IMG/VR virus record: IMGVR_UViG_3300030103_005599
Strand: one strand, 5' to 3'
DNA: 64,000 nucleotides
DNA from: an uncultured virus (IMG/VR IMGVR_UViG_3300030103_005599)
Lineage: Duplodnaviria > Heunggongvirae > Uroviricota > Caudoviricetes
Shown: piece after piece, positions 53,476 to 62,475 of the stretch
Layout of the letters: the number at the start of each line of letters is the position of its first letter
How positions within the stretch are numbered: position 1 is the first letter of the stretch
Translations under genes and position numbers: made by a program
Notes under the pieces: model-generated
Told to the model about the DNA's origin: nothing
The model's input: the letters and a program-made list of their open reading frames with translations, nothing else
The model's database searches: none

Positions 53476-54243
53476 ATGCAGATGCTATTCGACCACACGT
53501 TCGGCAAACAGGAACAACAGGACCTTGTTGTGGCCAAACCCATGTGCATATTCGAACCGGACGAGGAACAGGGTGCCATAGATCACGGATGGCTGGCGCT
53601 GGACGAGCCGGTGCACGGCAAGGAGGTGTTCTACCAATCACGTGTGACCCGGATAAACATGCGGAAATACCGTCCCAGGTTCCGTGAACACAAACTCAAC
53701 GGCAAACAGATACAGTACAAGATAATCGAGGCCTCCGACATGGTGAGGCTGTTGGGACTGCCGCACATATACGAACGATACATGAAACGCAAAAAATTTG
53801 GCGCGGACTACACACCGTTCCGTCACCATCATGCACGTGACAGGTTCATGGTGTTCTACACCGGCACCGCTGACAACATAGTGGGTTTCACCAAACAGAA
53901 GTTGTACAGCGCCGAGGACCAGGACTACCAACAGATCGGCGATCCGCACGTGGAGTACTCGGGAGTGGAGAGTTGCATACACGCCAACATAGCACCCATA
54001 GGCGCAATGACGCTGGACCTCGAACTGCAATGGGCCAGGGAAAACTACGTGCCGTTCTACTACCTGGGTTCCGGCTACGAGCGGTCGTCGGAGTACAAGG
54101 CGTCGTGGCGTGGATTCGAATGGTGGACGGGAGTGGAGTGGACCAACAATCGCAGGATGTACAAGCGACTGTGCAGGCGAGATTCCAAACTGACTACGTT
54201 TTCCGAGCTCGGAAACCTTTCACTGATTCCAGATAAGAACTAG
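53476..54243 (+). CDS. Arginyl-tRNA-protein transferase (ATE/Bpt)-like protein
   Basis: A...GW near the N-terminus; C-terminal G...L..EL.WA......YYLG.GY...S.YK..W.GFE. Confidence 0.55.
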   Translation: MQMLFDHTFGKQEQQDLVVAKPMCIFEPDEEQGAIDHGWLALDEPVHGKEVFYQSRVTRINMRKYRPRFREHKLNGKQIQYKIIEASDMVRLLGLPHIYERYMKRKKFGADYTPFRHHHARDRFMVFYTGTADNIVGFTKQKLYSAEDQDYQQIGDPHVEYSGVESCIHANIAPIGAMTLDLELQWARENYVPFYYLGSGYERSSEYKASWRGFEWWTGVEWTNNRRMYKRLCRRDSKLTTFSELGNLSLIPDKN

Positions 54244-54709
54244 ACCAATTCTTGTAGTAGGGTCCTGACTCCAACATTTTTGAAAACTTGTTCAACTTGC
54301 TGAGGCTCTGCACCAGGAAGAGTGTGTAATGCCCGTTGTTGAGTTTGACCTGCTTGACGTGTTCGTCTATGTCGGGATGATCCTCCAGTATCACGACATC
54401 ACGTGACATCTGCTTCTCGTTGAACCATTCCGCCATGCTGATGGTCTGCTGGGCAGTGAACGTGTCCTGTTCACATATGATGCACAGCACATCTTTCTCT
54501 GTGCTGTCGAACGTGCATATGTGCCTGTACACCTGTCGCCAGTCTGCGTCGCGAGGCACTTCCACGAACTCCACCTTGTCATCTATTATGGCCTTCTGTG
54601 CGAACGGACAAGGAGGTAGGTTGCCGAACACCGGATTGGGTTTGGTTACGAAATCCTTAATCCAGTTCTTTATCGTCTGTGTGGGGTTCTGTTTTTTCTG
54701 TTGAGTCAT
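54194..54709 (-). CDS. Hypothetical protein (DUF1415-like N-terminus)
   Basis: WIKDFV....PPCPFA...DHP. Confidence 0.5.
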   Translation of the reverse strand: MTQQKKQNPTQTIKNWIKDFVTKPNPVFGNLPPCPFAQKAIIDDKVEFVEVPRDADWRQVYRHICTFDSTEKDVLCIICEQDTFTAQQTISMAEWFNEKQMSRDVVILEDHPDIDEHVKQVKLNNGHYTLFLVQSLSKLNKFSKMLESGPYYKNWSSSYLESVKGFRARKT

Positions 54710-54974
54710 CAGTCAGTGATTTGATCCTTTCCAGTGCCTGTTCAAGCAGTCGTTCTTTGGTCTCCAGTTTGGCCTCGAGATCTGCCATTTTCTTGTTCTG
54801 CTCACCTATCTTGTGTCCCATGCTCTGCACGTCGTCGGTGGCGTGTTCCAATTTGATCATGACCTGACGCATACGACTCTCCTTGGACTTGCATTTCGCC
54901 AAGGCATCATCACGGTCCTGCGTAAGTTCCTTGATGTTTTCTTTAAGTTCTCGAACTAGATCTCGTTCTGACAT
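54657..54974 (-). CDS. Coiled-coil hypothetical protein
   Basis: 105 aa with heptad-like L/E/K pattern. Confidence 0.65.
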   Translation of the reverse strand: MSERDLVRELKENIKELTQDRDDALAKCKSKESRMRQVMIKLEHATDDVQSMGHKIGEQNKKMADLEAKLETKERLLEQALERIKSLTDDSTEKTEPHTDDKELD

Positions 54975-55025
54975 AATGTTCTGTAATTATCTGCTTTTTC
55001 AAACACCATTATAGTATACTATATT

Positions 55026-55256
55026 CTAAAAGAAAGGTTGACCTGTTTTCTTGGTAGTATCCATGTTTTCTTTTACCAGTTGCGACACGATCTGACGTTC
55101 CTCAGGCGAAAGATTCAAGGCTTCTTGCCAATTCATTCCGCCCCTCATGAACCAGCATATCTTCATTATTTCAAGTTTGAGATTTTTTGAGGCATTTTCG
55201 AAATCTTTAAGGTATTTTATAATGTCAGAATCCGACTTTGAAAGTAACGCTATCCG
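55026..55256 (-). CDS. gp51-like segment, probably translated as a -1 frameshift extension of the upstream gp26-like gene
   Basis: Open -1 frame from the slippery site to TAG at 55026: RIALLSKSDSDIIKYLKDFEN...CWFMRGGMNWQEALNLSPEERQ...TGQPFF. Confidence 0.65.
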   Translation of the reverse strand, partial: RIALLSKSDSDIIKYLKDFENASKNLKLEIMKICWFMRGGMNWQEALNLSPEERQIVSQLVKENMDTTKKTGQPFF

Positions 55257-56107
55257 AAAAAATTTGCAGTATCAAATGTAACAGGAACCTCATACGAGGC
55301 AGGTACACCCTTCTTAATCTGTTCTTCCGTTGCCTTAACTTGTAATGGCTTCATTGAACATTGTGATCTTAATTCTCCTAAAACAATTTCTATCTCTTTT
55401 GTGATCTTCGTGTCACAGTTTGATATGAAATCAAATATCTGTTTACCATCTTTGACTGTTTGTCCTTCAGGTGTGGTTATCTCTGCTATACTGTCGATCA
55501 GTAATTCGACATTTATGTTTTGCATTTTTCTATAACTTTCTGCAAACCTTTCTGACTTCTGTGCTTCTGTCAATCCACTTTCTGCCACGTTCGAATATAT
55601 CTTCTGTTGTTCGAACTGTGCCACTTGTATCTTACTCAGTTTGTCATAGGTAAGTGGATCAATCTTAATTTTAAATCCTGATTTTGTAGTGGCGTAATCC
55701 TGTGGATCTATGTTTGATACACCTTCGAGCATAGCCGGTAAGTTGACAGTGGTCGATGCTGATTGGTTTATTTCAGGCACTACATAAGTGATGTCCATTG
55801 TTTCGCCATATGTGGCAATCCTTATGGCCAAAAGCACTGTGTCTGTGTCGTAGTTGACCATTTTCCACGGATTCTTAATATTTGGCACACACGATTTAAT
55901 CACGTCGACTGTCGCCTGTCCGTTCATCATTGCATCAGGTGTTTTAAATGCTAATTCGTCCTTGGCAGTCATGGGCAGTATAGGTATCTCACCTGTCTCA
56001 GAAGGTGTGAATACATCCGGAGAGTAGTATTTGCCCTTGCTGGGTAGTTTGATGTACACCTGCGGTTGACGGTAGTACTTGCCTAGTGGGTTTGTGTTTT
56101 CTGTCAT
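55250..56107 (-). CDS. Baseplate hub assembly chaperone (T4 gp26-like)
   Basis: LPSKGKYY, PMTAKDE, LLAIRIATYGE, FD.ANFF C-terminus. Confidence 0.8.
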   Translation of the reverse strand: MTENTNPLGKYYRQPQVYIKLPSKGKYYSPDVFTPSETGEIPILPMTAKDELAFKTPDAMMNGQATVDVIKSCVPNIKNPWKMVNYDTDTVLLAIRIATYGETMDITYVVPEINQSASTTVNLPAMLEGVSNIDPQDYATTKSGFKIKIDPLTYDKLSKIQVAQFEQQKIYSNVAESGLTEAQKSERFAESYRKMQNINVELLIDSIAEITTPEGQTVKDGKQIFDFISNCDTKITKEIEIVLGELRSQCSMKPLQVKATEEQIKKGVPASYEVPVTFDTANFFG

Positions 56108-56117
56108 TTCTTTATCC

Positions 56118-56158
56118 TATAAATATACACTAATTGCATGTGAGTGTCAATATTTATA
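56118..56158. promoter_or_regulatory. Crossed late promoters TATAAATA (+ 56118-56125; - 56151-56158) plus a minus-strand TTGACA-N17-TATATT
   Basis: Exact octamers in the 81-bp gap between gp26-like and tape-measure genes. Confidence 0.65.
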
Positions 56159-56188
56159 TGCGTAGAAAAAGGTAGGATTTAAAACCGT

Positions 56189-58141
56189 ATGGCCGACATT
56201 GATGACGATCTAAGAAAGATACTGGAAGGTGCTGGTAAAGACATCACCAAGATAAGGGAGGCCCTTCAGGGTAGTAGTAAGGCTTTGATCAAAAATACAG
56301 ACACAGCCAAGAAGCAAGAGGCAGTTGTAAAAGAATTAATCAAGCGTAATGAAAAGTTAAGGGACCATCTCAAAGCCAATAACGTGTTGACGGAAGAGCA
56401 AAACGAAGTTATAGACGACAACATTAAAGTAATCAAAAAACACAGCGACGAGACCAAGAGAGCATCAAAGGGTGTTTTCAGTTTCAAAAAAATTCTCGTA
56501 GAGATTGGTAAATTTTTCTTAAAGACTGCTATGGCAGTTGCAAAGACAGGTGTTGAATTTGCCAAGACGTCCTCAAACATCAAAACTTTCGGTGATGCCT
56601 TAGATGCCGGACTGGACGAAATTCCAGGTATAGGCAGAATAATGAGTGTGTTCGGCAAGGAGTTGGATGACCAAACAATGATGTTCAAGGGTCTTGCACA
56701 GTCAGGTGCCACTTTTGGAAGTTCGCTGACCACCATGGGCAACTTCGCATATGAGTCAGGACTGTCGTTGGTGAATTTTCAGAAACTGATACAGGACAAC
56801 TCAACAACTTTAGCAAAACTGTTTGGTTCGGTGAATGCAGGAATACCTCAGATCACAGGACTTGCCAGAGAACTGAAAAGATTCACAATGGAAGAACTGT
56901 CCGGATTTGGTATCACAATGGAAGAGACCACAGAGTTCTTGACCACTTTTGCTGAAATAGAGAGGGCAAGGGGTCGAGCGGGACAACTTACACAGGCAAC
57001 ACTTCTAGCAGGCACTAAGGAGTATGCTAAAAATTTAACGACATTGAGCAGACTGACCGGTGAAAGTGTACGAGAACTTGACAAGAGAAACAGACAACTG
57101 GCGGCGGACGGTGTGTTTGCGGCCAAAATGGCACAGATGGACGCGGACCAACAACAGAGAGTACTTGCGGCCCTTAAACTATTGCCAGATTCGGCAAAGC
57201 AGGCGGCAAAAGAATTCATAGGTTTAGGTGTACCGATAGGAGATCTAGGTAAAGGTCTATCTGTGTTCTCAGGCGGTAAGTTCGAAGAAGCACTATTGGG
57301 ATTCACTAGAAGGTCAGGCAAGTTCACTGAGGAGGAGTTGTTACGTCTAGACGGTGTATTCAAATCGATAGGTACCACAGGCATACAGGGTGGTGATGCA
57401 ATAGCAAGTGCGGCCTTGGCTGGAAACGATTTAGCGGCACAAACATTGAACGTGTTCAGCGAGATGGCGGGTCAACAGGCAGACATGGCATCATTCCAAC
57501 AGAAAAGTCTAGAAGCACAAGAAGGCAACACCAAGAAATTGGTTGCTGTGGGTGATCAACTAGAACTGGTACAGGCAGAACTACAGAGTGTTAACATAAA
57601 CTTGATCAAGGGATTGGTCATTGACGAGGGAAGTATAGGTGGCAAGGCCATAAGTGCCTTCGTCGACGGTGAAACCGACATATCAAAAGCACTGGCAGAC
57701 CAACTAAAAAGTATTACAAATACAGTATTAGGAAAAGGCAGAAAAGAAGATGGCATCATCGACATGAACGAGAACGACGGTTTTGGGCCACAAGCATTTA
57801 ACGGCACTCCGGGGTTCCAAGACTTTGGGTCTGGAACACGGGCAACACTGCACGGATCAGAGATGGTACTGCCCGAGAGAAATGTTGGCGAATTGGCCAA
57901 ACAGTTGGCCATGGCAATTAATTCAATGCCGACTACAGATACCACAGCAACAACGAGTCCGTCGGCGTCTAGCACCGTGTCGGCGCCAAATAACCAGAAT
58001 CAGGTGTTCACACAACTGGCAGATTCCAACGAAAGGATAGCAAACCACTTAAATACGCTAATAACAATAGGATCAATGACGGAAAAAAATACAAAAGAAA
58101 CCAAAATTGCTGTTGCAAATTCAACTGGTTCTCTAGTATAA
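56189..58141 (+). CDS. Putative tape measure protein
   Basis: 650 aa, A/G/L/Q-rich and helical; C-terminal GTPG..DFGSGT.ATLHG.E.VLP; beside the chaperone gene. Confidence 0.65.
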   Translation: MADIDDDLRKILEGAGKDITKIREALQGSSKALIKNTDTAKKQEAVVKELIKRNEKLRDHLKANNVLTEEQNEVIDDNIKVIKKHSDETKRASKGVFSFKKILVEIGKFFLKTAMAVAKTGVEFAKTSSNIKTFGDALDAGLDEIPGIGRIMSVFGKELDDQTMMFKGLAQSGATFGSSLTTMGNFAYESGLSLVNFQKLIQDNSTTLAKLFGSVNAGIPQITGLARELKRFTMEELSGFGITMEETTEFLTTFAEIERARGRAGQLTQATLLAGTKEYAKNLTTLSRLTGESVRELDKRNRQLAADGVFAAKMAQMDADQQQRVLAALKLLPDSAKQAAKEFIGLGVPIGDLGKGLSVFSGGKFEEALLGFTRRSGKFTEEELLRLDGVFKSIGTTGIQGGDAIASAALAGNDLAAQTLNVFSEMAGQQADMASFQQKSLEAQEGNTKKLVAVGDQLELVQAELQSVNINLIKGLVIDEGSIGGKAISAFVDGETDISKALADQLKSITNTVLGKGRKEDGIIDMNENDGFGPQAFNGTPGFQDFGSGTRATLHGSEMVLPERNVGELAKQLAMAINSMPTTDTTATTSPSASSTVSAPNNQNQVFTQLADSNERIANHLNTLITIGSMTEKNTKETKIAVANSTGSLV

Positions 58142-58147
58142 TAAAGT

Positions 58148-59893
58148 ATGGCTTGGAAAAAATATTTTAAAGACGCAAACATGTCGCCCATAAGTGGTGA
58201 GAAAGTTCCCAACTTCGCGAAAAGGAACTACTCATCTTATCTACCCGATGTTTACACAGGACATCCTAACAGGATACAGAGATACTTCCAGTATGACCAA
58301 ATGGATTCAGACTCTGAAATAAATGCGGCGCTGGACATACTTGCAGAATTTTCAACACAGAAGAACACCGAGAACGAAACACCATTTGATCTTGTGTTCA
58401 AAGATGAAACAACAGAACACGAAGTAAAACTTCTTAAGAAGGCTTTGCAACAATGGACAAGATCAAACATGTTCAACAAAAGAATTTTCAGGATATTCAG
58501 GAACGCACTGAAATATGGAGACTGTTTCTTTGTCAGAGATCCAGAAACAATGAAATGGCTGTATGTTGACAACGCAAAAGTTGACAGGATTGTTGTAAAT
58601 GAATCCGAAGGCAAGAAACCTGAACAATATGTAATCAGAGATATAAATCCAAACCTACAGAGATTAAGTGCGACACAGATCACACCTAACCAAACATATG
58701 GTGGTGGCGGAACCACTGGCGGTGGAACAGCGGCATATGGTTCAAGTTATGCGAACGCCGGTGCTACAAACAACATGTCAGGCTTTGCAGGCGGAAACGC
58801 AGGTGGAAGATTCTACAAAACAATGAATGCGTACAACATAAATGCAGAACACGTCATTCATATGTCAATGTCAGATGGCTTGGACAACCTATTCCCATTT
58901 GGACAGTCAGTATTGGAACAAGTTTTCAAAGTTTACAAACAAAAAGAATTATTAGAAGACGCAATTATAATTTACAGGGTACAGAGAGCACCTGAAAGAA
59001 GAGTGTTCTACATAGACGTGGGTAACATGCCTACACACTTGGCCATGCAATTCGTTGAGAGAGTCAAGAACGAGATCAACCAGAGAAGAATTCCTAGTGC
59101 ATCAGGTGGTGCAAACTTTATAGACGCAACCTACAACCCGATGTCCATTAACGAAGATTACTTCTTCCCACAGACAGCAGAAGGTAGAGGATCTAAAGTT
59201 GACACATTACCTGGTGGTACTAACCTTGGCGAGATAGATGATTTGAGATATTTCACAAACAAACTGTTCAGAGGACTGAGAATTCCAAGTTCTTACTTGC
59301 CTACTGGTGCAGAAGATGGTCAGCAACAGTACAACGACGGCAGAGTTGGTACTGCTTACATACAAGAATTAAGATTCAACAAATATTGTGCAAGATTACA
59401 AAGCATGTTGGCACAAACTTTCGACGAAGAATTCAAACTATGGATAAAAACAAAAGGCTATAACATTGATAATGGCATGTTCGAACTAAAATTGAATCCT
59501 CCACAGAACTTTGCACAGTACAGACAAACTGAAATGGACCAAGCAAGGGTAAACACATTCACAGCAGTGGCAGAACTGCCATATATGTCAAAAAGATTTG
59601 CATTGAAAAGATATCTTGGACTTACTGAAGAGGAAATGGCAAGGAATGCTGACCTTTGGGCAGAAGAAAACAACGTGCCACAGAGAAAACAAACAAAATC
59701 GAATCAATTACGTAGTGCAGGTGTAACACAATCTGGCATATCAAGTGACTTAGACCAGTTTGAGGAGCCAACAGCAGACGCAGAGGCACCAACTCCGGAC
59801 TCTCCACAACCAGGACAACCAGGACAAACACCAGGTGGACAGGGCGGTGGCGGCACAACTCCAGGCGGAACAGGTGGCGGAGGCCAGGTATAA
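58148..59893 (+). CDS. Portal protein (T4 gp20-like)
   Basis: LLEDAIIIYRVQRAPERRVFYIDVGNMP, EDYFFP, GRGSKVDTLPGG.NLGEIDD. Confidence 0.95.
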   Translation: MAWKKYFKDANMSPISGEKVPNFAKRNYSSYLPDVYTGHPNRIQRYFQYDQMDSDSEINAALDILAEFSTQKNTENETPFDLVFKDETTEHEVKLLKKALQQWTRSNMFNKRIFRIFRNALKYGDCFFVRDPETMKWLYVDNAKVDRIVVNESEGKKPEQYVIRDINPNLQRLSATQITPNQTYGGGGTTGGGTAAYGSSYANAGATNNMSGFAGGNAGGRFYKTMNAYNINAEHVIHMSMSDGLDNLFPFGQSVLEQVFKVYKQKELLEDAIIIYRVQRAPERRVFYIDVGNMPTHLAMQFVERVKNEINQRRIPSASGGANFIDATYNPMSINEDYFFPQTAEGRGSKVDTLPGGTNLGEIDDLRYFTNKLFRGLRIPSSYLPTGAEDGQQQYNDGRVGTAYIQELRFNKYCARLQSMLAQTFDEEFKLWIKTKGYNIDNGMFELKLNPPQNFAQYRQTEMDQARVNTFTAVAELPYMSKRFALKRYLGLTEEEMARNADLWAEENNVPQRKQTKSNQLRSAGVTQSGISSDLDQFEEPTADAEAPTPDSPQPGQPGQTPGGQGGGGTTPGGTGGGGQV

Positions 59894-59909
59894 GGATTAA
59901 ATACGTAAA

Positions 59910-60152
59910 ATGAAACTTTTTGAATTCTTTACATATGGCGCAGATGGGTTTGAGCAGGACAAAACTTACGAACCTGAAAACGACATTTCTATTTTAGACG
60001 ACGAAGACACAAGAAAAACCAGACTTACCCTAAAAGATATCAACTCAATGAGATTGGCGTCAGAGGCACACGACGCTCAACAGAAAGAAGAAGCCGTATT
60101 TGTTCAAAAGATGTACGGCGCACCAGCACAAGACGATAACTTACAGTTATAA
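59910..60152 (+). CDS. Hypothetical head-region protein
   Basis: 80 aa, DTRKTRLTL..IN..R...MYG; preceded by TTAAATA. Confidence 0.7.
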   Translation: MKLFEFFTYGADGFEQDKTYEPENDISILDDEDTRKTRLTLKDINSMRLASEAHDAQQKEEAVFVQKMYGAPAQDDNLQL

Positions 60153-60766
60153 TGTCAAACATAGCATTCGTACTAGGCAACGGTGAATCCCGTAGGGGCA
60201 TAGATATCAATGATCTGAAGGAAAAAGGCACTGTGTTTGCCTGCAATGCCGTTTACAGAACACACCAACCACACTTCCTTATTGCAGTAGACCCTAAAAT
60301 GGTACTAGAAATCAGCGAAACAGATTACATGATTAATAATAAAGTGTGGAGTAACTTCAATTCGCAATATTCAAAAAACAAGAAAATAATGGATCATTGT
60401 AATTGGTTCAAGCCAAGTTTGGGATGGTCCAGCGGTCCAACTGCATTGAGGATGGCTTGTGATCGTGGATTTAAAGAAATATACATACTTGGATTCGACT
60501 ACCAGGGACACAAAGAAGGCAACAGGTTCAAACTTAACAACATGTTTGGTGATTCAAGGAACTACAAAAGGCGTAAGGACGAGGCAACCTTCTACGGAAA
60601 CTGGATGAACCAGACAAAACGCATATTACAAGATTTCAAAGATGTAAAATTCCACAGAGTGATACCCCAAGGATGGTTCCTACCCAAAGATCTCGAGTGG
60701 ACCAAGAACATAGAACATCCAACCACCGAAGAATTCCTCACAAAATTCAACCTACAACGAAAATAA
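60152..60766 (+). CDS. DUF115/MptE-like (sialyltransferase-like Rossmann) protein
   Basis: FVLGNGES, ACNA.YR..P..LIAVD, SSGPTAL, IYILGFD. Confidence 0.5.
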   Translation: MSNIAFVLGNGESRRGIDINDLKEKGTVFACNAVYRTHQPHFLIAVDPKMVLEISETDYMINNKVWSNFNSQYSKNKKIMDHCNWFKPSLGWSSGPTALRMACDRGFKEIYILGFDYQGHKEGNRFKLNNMFGDSRNYKRRKDEATFYGNWMNQTKRILQDFKDVKFHRVIPQGWFLPKDLEWTKNIEHPTTEEFLTKFNLQRK

Positions 60767-60870
60767 TTACAAAATACCACTTTTTGCACCAATTATACCA
60801 CCGTTTTTACGCCCTTTTTGTAAATACAATACACTTATAAGTACAAATCGACAATAAAGGAGCACGTGTA

Positions 60871-61821
60871 ATGTCAAATAATAAATTTGAGAGTTTATTA
60901 GAATTACTAATAAACGAAGAAAACGACAAAGCAGAAGCACTTTTCCATGAAATCGTAGTTGAAAAATCAAGAGATATCTACGAAAATTTAGCGGACGAAG
61001 AAGTGACTGCTGAGGCGAAAGAAGAAACAAAAGAAGAGTCTAAAGAAGAAGTTAAAGAAACTGAAGCATCTGAAGAGGAAAAAGTAGAAGAAACTACAGA
61101 AGAATCTAAAGATGAGCAAGTTGAAGAAACTTCTGAGGAATCTAAAGACGAGCAAGTAGACGAAGTTGTAGAGTTAGAAGACGAAGCAACAGAATCAGAA
61201 ACAACTGAAGAAGAATCAATCGAAGAAGTAGGCGGAGACGCAACTGACGAATTGGTTAAAGACATATCAGCAGACGAAGAAGGCGCTAAAGAAATGGATA
61301 TGGACATGGACAAAGATATGGACATGGACAAAGACATGGACGGCGACAAAGGCGAAGAAGATATGGAAGACAGAGTTGTTGACTTAGAAGACGCTTTAGA
61401 CGAATTAAAAGCAGAATTCGAAGCAATGATGGGCAAAAAAGACGGTGACGAAGAAGAAAAAGACGAAACTGTTGAAATGCCAGCATCAGAAACTCCAGAA
61501 ATGCCAGTGGAAGGTAAAAAAGCAGACATGAAAAAAGAAAAAATGGATGAATACAAAATCCAAAAGTCTGCAGATACAGCCGACCATGCTGATCATAAAT
61601 CATCTCCAGTAACAGATGCAGGTAACAAACTACCAAAAGGTGGTAAAATTACACAAGGCGGAGCAGACGAAAAAGGAAGACCGGCTCCAACTGCACAAAA
61701 AATGAGTGATTTTGAGAATACTCCAGGTAAAGACAAGTCTACTTCTTACAAGAAGCAAGGCAAGGCGGATACCGCGGATCATTCAGACAAATCAGCAAAA
61801 TCTCCAGTTGCTAACAAGTAA
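60871..61821 (+). CDS. Highly acidic prohead core/internal protein
   Basis: E/D-rich; LFHEIVVEKSR.IYE; EDRVVDLEDALDELKAEFE; upstream of protease; AAGGAG RBS. Confidence 0.65.
   Translation: MSNNKFESLLELLINEENDKAEALFHEIVVEKSRDIYENLADEEVTAEAKEETKEESKEEVKETEASEEEKVEETTEESKDEQVEETSEESKDEQVDEVVELEDEATESETTEEESIEEVGGDATDELVKDISADEEGAKEMDMDMDKDMDMDKDMDGDKGEEDMEDRVVDLEDALDELKAEFEAMMGKKDGDEEEKDETVEMPASETPEMPVEGKKADMKKEKMDEYKIQKSADTADHADHKSSPVTDAGNKLPKGGKITQGGADEKGRPAPTAQKMSDFENTPGKDKSTSYKKQGKADTADHSDKSAKSPVANK
61090..61345 (+). repeat. Intragenic tandem repeats (12-aa ETTEESKDEQVE unit; 6-aa DMDMDK unit)
   Basis: gaatctaaagaYgagcaagt twice at 36-nt spacing; atggacatggacaaaga twice at 18-nt spacing. 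Confidence 0.7.
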
Positions 61822-61845
61822 TTGTTGATTTAGAAGGAGTTTGGA

Positions 61846-62475
61846 ATGTCAGCACTATACCTAAGGGAGAATCTAACTTTTAACGAAGCCAGAGTCCAGA
61901 TCTTACACGAGAACGACGGAAAAGATTTGTACATGAAAGGCATCTGTATTCAAGGTGGGATTAAGAATGCTAATCAAAGGGTTTATCCAGTGTCAGAAAT
62001 TGCGAAAGCAACGAAAACACTGAATGATCAGATTAGTTCAGGGTACTCTGTGTTAGGTGAAGTCGACCATCCAGATGATTTAAAAATTAATTTGGACCGA
62101 GTGTCTCACATGATTACTGAAATGTGGATGGACGGTCCAAATGGATATGGCAAAATGAAAATTTTGCCGACACCAATGGGTCAACTTGTCAAAACTATGT
62201 TGGAATCGGGTGTGAAACTAGGCGTATCGTCAAGAGGAAGTGGTAACATTTCCGAATACGGTAGCGGTGAAGTTTCAGATTTCGAGATCATCACAGTTGA
62301 TGTTGTGGCCCAGCCTTCGGCACCGGGTGCTTATCCTACGCCAATTTACGAACACCTAATGAATACCAAGGGTGGTAACATGGCAAAAGGACTGGCCGCT
62401 GAAGTTAGAAATGACCCTAAAGCACAAAGGTATCTAAAAGATGCCCTAACAAACATAATAAAGGACCTAAAATAA
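61846..62475 (+). CDS. Prohead protease (T4 gp21-like)
   Basis: NANQRVYP, LGEVDHP, VSH, GVSSRGSG, DVVAQPSAP.A. Confidence 0.93.
   Translation: MSALYLRENLTFNEARVQILHENDGKDLYMKGICIQGGIKNANQRVYPVSEIAKATKTLNDQISSGYSVLGEVDHPDDLKINLDRVSHMITEMWMDGPNGYGKMKILPTPMGQLVKTMLESGVKLGVSSRGSGNISEYGSGEVSDFEIITVDVVAQPSAPGAYPTPIYEHLMNTKGGNMAKGLAAEVRNDPKAQRYLKDALTNIIKDLK

Noticed and set aside
58113..58142. TTGCAA-N18-TATAAT before the portal gene
   Set aside because: Overlaps the end of a coding sequence and leaves almost no leader; could be chance in AT-rich DNA
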